A stretch of DNA of 20,000 nt. Source: an uncultured virus (IMG/VR IMGVR_UViG_3300035190_000132). Its lineage: Duplodnaviria; Heunggongvirae; Uroviricota; Caudoviricetes. This document shows, piece after piece, positions 15,735 to 20,000 of the stretch. A program made the translations under genes and the position numbers. The stretch is from the IMG/VR virus record IMGVR_UViG_3300035190_000132; one strand, 5' to 3'. The notes under the pieces are model-generated. The model searched no databases. It saw only the letters and a list, made by a program, of their open reading frames with translations, and had not been told where the DNA came from. Position 1 is the first letter of the stretch, and each line of letters opens with the position of its first letter.

Positions 15735-17503
15735 ACAAAACACTGCACTTCCTCTCTGGCATTCCTCGTTCTGGCTCAACAGTCCTTGCGGCTATTTTGA
15801 ACCAGAACCCAATGACTCATGTATCCACCACATCTGGGCTTGTCCACGCCCTTGATGGCTTGGCTAATACATGGCACTCAGCGGGTCTTCTCAATGAGAA
15901 CGACCCCACCAGAGAGAAACTTGCACAAACCATGCGTGGGTGCATTGATGCGTTTTACGCTGATACAGACAAGCCTGTCATCATTGACAAGTCTCGTGGT
16001 TGGCCTATTCCCCAGATCATGGGTGCTATGTCTCAGGTGATTGGTCGCCCATGCAAGGTGATCGCTACGGTTCGTCCTGTTCCTGACTGTATGGCTTCAT
16101 TTGTCCGTGTGGCAAAGCCTGCTGATCTGGATGAGTTCATGTATTCAGGCCAGTTAGCTGACCACCTGAAAGCCGCTTACCTGTCTTTAGAAGCTGGCTA
16201 CGCCGCCATGCCAGAGAACTTCTTGATGGTTGAATACGACAAGCTGTTGGCTGATCCCCGCGCAGAACTTGCCCGTATCCATGAGTTCTTGGAACTGCCT
16301 GAATACGATTACGACTTCTCCAACATTGACGGCTCGTCAGTTAAAGAAGACGATGAGAATCTGCACGGCTACGCTGGTATGCACGATGTCAAGCCAGTCT
16401 TGGCTAAACAGCACAACGACAAGTCCAAAGACCTGTTAAAGCACCACTACAACCAGTTTTGCCAGCCAGAGTTCTGGAGTGGTAATGCACGGACGATGCC
16501 TGAGTTGGATGACCTTGATCTACAGGTAGCCGCAGGCAAGATGGGTGATTTTGCTGAAGGCTGGAGACTGTCTGAGAAGCTCCACGCAGAGCGTCCTAAC
16601 GACCACCGTGCGGCTTATAACCGTTCATGGTATCTACTCAAACAGGGTCAGATTGGTGAAGGCTACAAGCAGATGGATCGCGGTCGCTACTGCGGGATCA
16701 TTGGTGAGCGCCGCCCAGACACACCAGCCCCTGAGTGGGACGGTAAGACCAAAGGTACGATTCTCTTGTACTGCGACCACGGCTTGGGCGATCAGATTCA
16801 CCAAGTGCGCTATGCCCGTGATCTAGTGGCTAGGGGTAATAAGGTAGTGGTCTGCTGCTCAGGTCAACTGGCTGGCCTGTTCTCAGGCATTGAAGGTGTA
16901 TCCGCTGTTGTTCAAGTTGGTGCTGAGTTTGGCGTGTTCCACGACTTCTGGTGCTATGGTATGACAGCCCCTAACTACCTTGGTTATGAGATGTCAGACC
17001 TGCGCGGCGATGCTTACATCACTAAGCCTACGACCATCAAAGGCCGTAAGAAACGCATCGGTATCCGCTGGCAGGGCAACAGTAAGTTTGAAGACGACCA
17101 CAACAAACGCTTCCCCTACGATTTGTTGTTTGCCGCAGTAAAAGATGCTGACGCAGAATTCATTTCTTTACAGCGTGATGAGGGTGCAGATGCTTGCCCA
17201 ACATGGGTAAAACAAGTACCATTAAACACATGGGCAGACACCCAAGCTGCGGTAGCAAGTTGTGATCTGGTGATCTCTTCTTGCACATCTGTCAGCCATT
17301 TGGCGGCGGCTATGGGCGTTGAGACTTGGGTAGTGATTCCAGTGATGGGCTACTACCTGTATGCGTTAGACGGCGACAAGACACCTTATTACGACACCAT
17401 GACTTTATTCAGGCAAGAAGTATTTGGCGAATGGGAAGCTCCGTTTGAGAAGATCAAGGAGCGTTTAAACGCTAACCGTGCCGCACTGAGGAGCGTAGCG
17501 TGA
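15731..17503 (+). CDS. Sulfotransferase - TPR-like - glycosyltransferase (GT-B, GT9-like) fusion protein
   Basis: N-terminal PAPS-binding motif FLSGIPRSGSTVL, IIDKSR and VRPVPDCMASF. Helical TPR-like linker. C-terminal WDG...ILLYCDHGLGDQI, IGIRWQGN, FISLQ, and CDLVISSCTSVSHLAAAMG (cf. DLVIxVDTxxxHLAGALG). Confidence 0.8.
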   Translation: MNKTLHFLSGIPRSGSTVLAAILNQNPMTHVSTTSGLVHALDGLANTWHSAGLLNENDPTREKLAQTMRGCIDAFYADTDKPVIIDKSRGWPIPQIMGAMSQVIGRPCKVIATVRPVPDCMASFVRVAKPADLDEFMYSGQLADHLKAAYLSLEAGYAAMPENFLMVEYDKLLADPRAELARIHEFLELPEYDYDFSNIDGSSVKEDDENLHGYAGMHDVKPVLAKQHNDKSKDLLKHHYNQFCQPEFWSGNARTMPELDDLDLQVAAGKMGDFAEGWRLSEKLHAERPNDHRAAYNRSWYLLKQGQIGEGYKQMDRGRYCGIIGERRPDTPAPEWDGKTKGTILLYCDHGLGDQIHQVRYARDLVARGNKVVVCCSGQLAGLFSGIEGVSAVVQVGAEFGVFHDFWCYGMTAPNYLGYEMSDLRGDAYITKPTTIKGRKKRIGIRWQGNSKFEDDHNKRFPYDLLFAAVKDADAEFISLQRDEGADACPTWVKQVPLNTWADTQAAVASCDLVISSCTSVSHLAAAMGVETWVVIPVMGYYLYALDGDKTPYYDTMTLFRQEVFGEWEAPFEKIKERLNANRAALRSVA

Positions 17504-18633
17504 GCTTTAGATATGCCGCTGGGATAAACAAGCCGGGTTTTAATCCGCTTGGAACCCAGACGACCACTTACTTATATAACTTATTTAGCTGGGGAAACAA
17601 CGCTAGTGGGCAACTTGGTTTAAATAACAACACTTATTATTCCAGTCCTAAACAAGTTGGCTCGTTAACTACTTGGTCAGCAATTTCTGGCGGCAATCAA
17701 TATGTTGTAGCTATTCAAACAAATGGAACATTGTGGTCGTGGGGTGAAAACGGAAATGGTCAGCTTGGTTTTGGAAACACAACAGCTTACTCTTCCCCAA
17801 AACAAGTTGGCTCGTTAACTACTTGGTCAAAAGCAAGTGCTAATTTTCGGTCATCTTTGGCAATAAAAACAGATGGAACTTTATGGTCGTGGGGGTGGAA
17901 CAATTTAGGTCAATTAGGTTTAGGCGACAGAACAGATCGTTCTTCACCCATTCAAATTGGAGCTTTAACAACTTGGGCGACAGTATCTAATTCACCATAC
18001 AGTAAACTTAATTTTGCTATTACAACATCCGGCGCACTTTGGGGTTGGGGTCAGAATGCCAATGGTCAGTTAGGTTTAGGAAATACAACTTCTTACTCAT
18101 CTCCAAAACAAGTTGGTGCGCTAACAAATTGGCTAAAGGTGGCTGGTGGAGCATACTTTACCCTTGCTGTAAAAACTGATGGCACATTGTGGTCATGGGG
18201 AAATAGCGCCTATGGACAATTAGGGTTAGGTAACACAACAGAATACAATTCACCTAAACAAGTTGGCGCTTTAACAAGTTGGTTAAATATTTCCGCAAAT
18301 TATGGAAGTTCGTTTGCTGTTAAAACAGATGGGACTATTTGGGCGTGGGGTAGAAATACTTCTGGGCAACTTGGCTTGGGAAATACTACAGATCGCAATT
18401 CTCCCGTGCAAATTGGTGCGTTAGCAAATTGGTTAACTGTATCGACAAGTGGAACAACTCAAGGTGCAATGGCCATTAAAACAGATGGAACTTTATGGGG
18501 TTGGGGTGCTAATGGTGATGGTCAACTAGGGAATGGGAATATAACTACAACATCAAGCCCGATACAAGTTGGCGCATCAACTACTTGGTCTAAAGTAACT
18601 AGTTTAAATGGCGCTACAGTGGCAATAGGATAA
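17500..18633 (+). CDS. RCC1-like 7-blade beta-propeller protein, type A paralogue
   Basis: GTG start overlapping the previous stop (GTGA), GAGGAG RBS, KPGFNPL leader, seven repeats. Confidence 0.9.
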   Translation: MSFRYAAGINKPGFNPLGTQTTTYLYNLFSWGNNASGQLGLNNNTYYSSPKQVGSLTTWSAISGGNQYVVAIQTNGTLWSWGENGNGQLGFGNTTAYSSPKQVGSLTTWSKASANFRSSLAIKTDGTLWSWGWNNLGQLGLGDRTDRSSPIQIGALTTWATVSNSPYSKLNFAITTSGALWGWGQNANGQLGLGNTTSYSSPKQVGALTNWLKVAGGAYFTLAVKTDGTLWSWGNSAYGQLGLGNTTEYNSPKQVGALTSWLNISANYGSSFAVKTDGTIWAWGRNTSGQLGLGNTTDRNSPVQIGALANWLTVSTSGTTQGAMAIKTDGTLWGWGANGDGQLGNGNITTTSSPIQVGASTTWSKVTSLNGATVAIG

Positions 18634-18637
18634 CGTA

Positions 18638-19813
18638 ATGGCAACAGCACTCGTATCAGGCGTTCAATACTCAGGTATCTGGAACATCAGCAGTCAAGCC
18701 AATGCTAAGGCGGCGGGGACTTGGCCTTTAGCGCCTGTGCCGGGTTTATATTCATGGGGTAGAAATACTGATGGTCAGCTTGGCTTAGGTAATACAACAT
18801 CATATTCAAGTCCAAAACAAGTTGGCTCTTTAACAAACTGGGCTTCAATATCTACAAATTCTTATAGCGTACATACTTTAGCTGTTAAAACAGACGGTAC
18901 GCTTTGGGCTTGGGGAAGTAATTCGTATGGTCAACTTGGATTAGGAAATGTAACTTATTATTCTTCCCCAAAACAAGTTGGCGCTTTGACTGCTTGGTTA
19001 AAAATAACTACTGCGTATGCCGCTAGTTTTTCTATAAAAACTGATGGGACATTGTGGTCATGGGGAAACAATACTTATGGTAAATTAGGATTAAATAACG
19101 AAACAAATTATTCAAGTCCAAAACAAATAGGCGCTTTGACTAATTGGTCAAATATTGCTGGTGGAAATTTTGGATGCATAGCCATTAAAACAGATGGAAC
19201 TATTTGGACTTGGGGTTATAACGCAGACGGCAGATTGGGGCTTGGTAATCTAACTAATTATTCTAGCCCCAAGCAAATTGGTGCATTAACTACTTGGTTA
19301 AAAGTTTTTTCTGGTTACTCTAGTGGTTTTGGAATCAATACAAGTGGGGCAATGTGGGGTTGGGGTAGAAATGGCGCTGGGCAACTAGGTTTGGGGGATG
19401 TCACTACCCGTTCATCTCCAGTTCAAATTGGAGCATTAACTACTTGGTCATCTGTTAGTAGTTCAGCGGGTGGAACATCTGCTAATGGATTTACTTTATC
19501 AACAAAAACAGACGGAACATTATGGGGTTGGGGTATAAACGCCCATGGTCAACTAGGTTTAGGTAATACAACTCCATACTCCTCCCCAGTACAAGTTGGA
19601 AGTTTAACTACTTGGAGTTCTGTGGCGGGTGGTTCGTCTTCTACATTAGCAACTACTTCTGGCGGTGCTTTGTGGGCTTGGGGTCGAAATAACAATGGTC
19701 AATTAGGTCTAGGAAATACAACCAATTATTCCTCACCAAAACAAGTAGGAAGCCTAACAAATTGGCTTACTATTGCTAGCGGCCCTTATTTCTGTATCGG
19801 TATTGCATCTTAA
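18638..19813 (+). CDS. RCC1-like 7-blade beta-propeller protein, type B paralogue
   Basis: GVQYSGIW...AAGTWP leader, seven repeats. Confidence 0.9.
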   Translation: MATALVSGVQYSGIWNISSQANAKAAGTWPLAPVPGLYSWGRNTDGQLGLGNTTSYSSPKQVGSLTNWASISTNSYSVHTLAVKTDGTLWAWGSNSYGQLGLGNVTYYSSPKQVGALTAWLKITTAYAASFSIKTDGTLWSWGNNTYGKLGLNNETNYSSPKQIGALTNWSNIAGGNFGCIAIKTDGTIWTWGYNADGRLGLGNLTNYSSPKQIGALTTWLKVFSGYSSGFGINTSGAMWGWGRNGAGQLGLGDVTTRSSPVQIGALTTWSSVSSSAGGTSANGFTLSTKTDGTLWGWGINAHGQLGLGNTTPYSSPVQVGSLTTWSSVAGGSSSTLATTSGGALWAWGRNNNGQLGLGNTTNYSSPKQVGSLTNWLTIASGPYFCIGIAS

Positions 19814-19843
19814 AAAATTAACATTTTTAACAAGGAGTCTTAA

Positions 19844-19894
19844 ATGACACATTATGTACAAGTCCTCAATGGTGAGGTAAAACAAGTGATATAA
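19844..19894 (+). pseudogene. Apparently truncated or interrupted gene start ([16 protein letters not shown])
   Basis: Strong RBS AAGGAG followed by ATG 19844. The peptide resembles the N-terminus of phage tail-assembly-type proteins (Y..V.NG.V) but stops at TAA 19892-19894. Confidence 0.5.
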
Positions 19895-19895
19895 T
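19887..19895 (+). promoter_or_regulatory. Extended -10 promoter (TGnTATAAT), probably giving a leaderless mRNA
   Basis: TGATATAAT at 19887-19895. ATG 19902 follows after 6 nt with no SD sequence in between. Confidence 0.55.
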
Positions 19896-19901
19896 GTGTG
19901 C

Positions 19902-20000
19902 ATGGACGCACACTACTGTTACTACATTTACGCTTATCTACGGGATGACGGGACTCCTTATTACATAGGAAAAGGGAAAGGCAGGCGCTTACGAGCACCG
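19902..20000 (+). CDS. GIY-YIG-like (homing) endonuclease, N-terminal part, runs off the window
   Basis: Manual translation [36 protein letters not shown]...YIG motif pair followed by KG and the expected Arg. Not in the ORF track because it is partial. Confidence 0.75.
   Translation, partial: MDAHYCYYIYAYLRDDGTPYYIGKGKGRRLRAP

Noticed and set aside
599..16826. Alternative-frame + strand ORFs (599-937, 3928-4125, 5781-5984, 7476-7736, 10220-10459, 11598-11789, 15819-16040, 16230-16439, 16545-16826)
   Set aside because: They are nested in or overlap better genes and have no protein-like features or RBS.
13490..19800. CRISPR-like array suggested by ~150-nt periodic repeats
   Set aside because: The repeats are degenerate, in-frame protein-coding blades, not identical repeats with unique spacers.
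13403..19813. Diversity-generating retroelement acting on the propeller genes
   Set aside because: No reverse transcriptase and no non-coding template repeat in the window. Differences between repeats are not confined to adenines and many are synonymous.
1..20000. Alternative genetic code, tRNA genes or integrase
   Set aside because: Genes tile the window under the standard code with TAA, TGA and TAG all used as stops. No cloverleaf or recombinase motif was seen.

Overview
A 20 kb stretch of the virion-morphogenesis region of a tailed dsDNA phage (Caudoviricetes). All credible genes are on the + strand, tightly packed, with strong AGGAG-type ribosome-binding sites. The layout resembles podovirus-like uncultured aquatic phages, but the host cannot be determined from this window. 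Gene order: 3' part of the portal gene, a small ORF, a GroES-like co-chaperonin, a probable scaffold, a conserved hypothetical, an auxiliary capsid protein and the major capsid protein (Mu gpT-like). Next come a terminator, a promoter, a highly pseudoknotted candidate RNA (Mu-gpT-DE-like), a capsid-decoration gene and a second terminator. These are followed by small Lys/Gly/Met-rich basic proteins with a repeated hydrophobic-x-x-G-G motif, head-tail connector and tail genes, an acidic repeat protein and tail-fibre genes. The distal part is an accessory cassette A-B-[sulfotransferase-TPR-glycosyltransferase fusion]-A'-B', where A, B, A' and B' are four 7-blade RCC1-like beta-propellers. At the right edge a well-initiated gene stops after 16 codons, where an extended -10 promoter and an apparently leaderless GIY-YIG-like endonuclease ORF begin. 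Protein calls rest on recognised motifs and gene order only; no database search was run.
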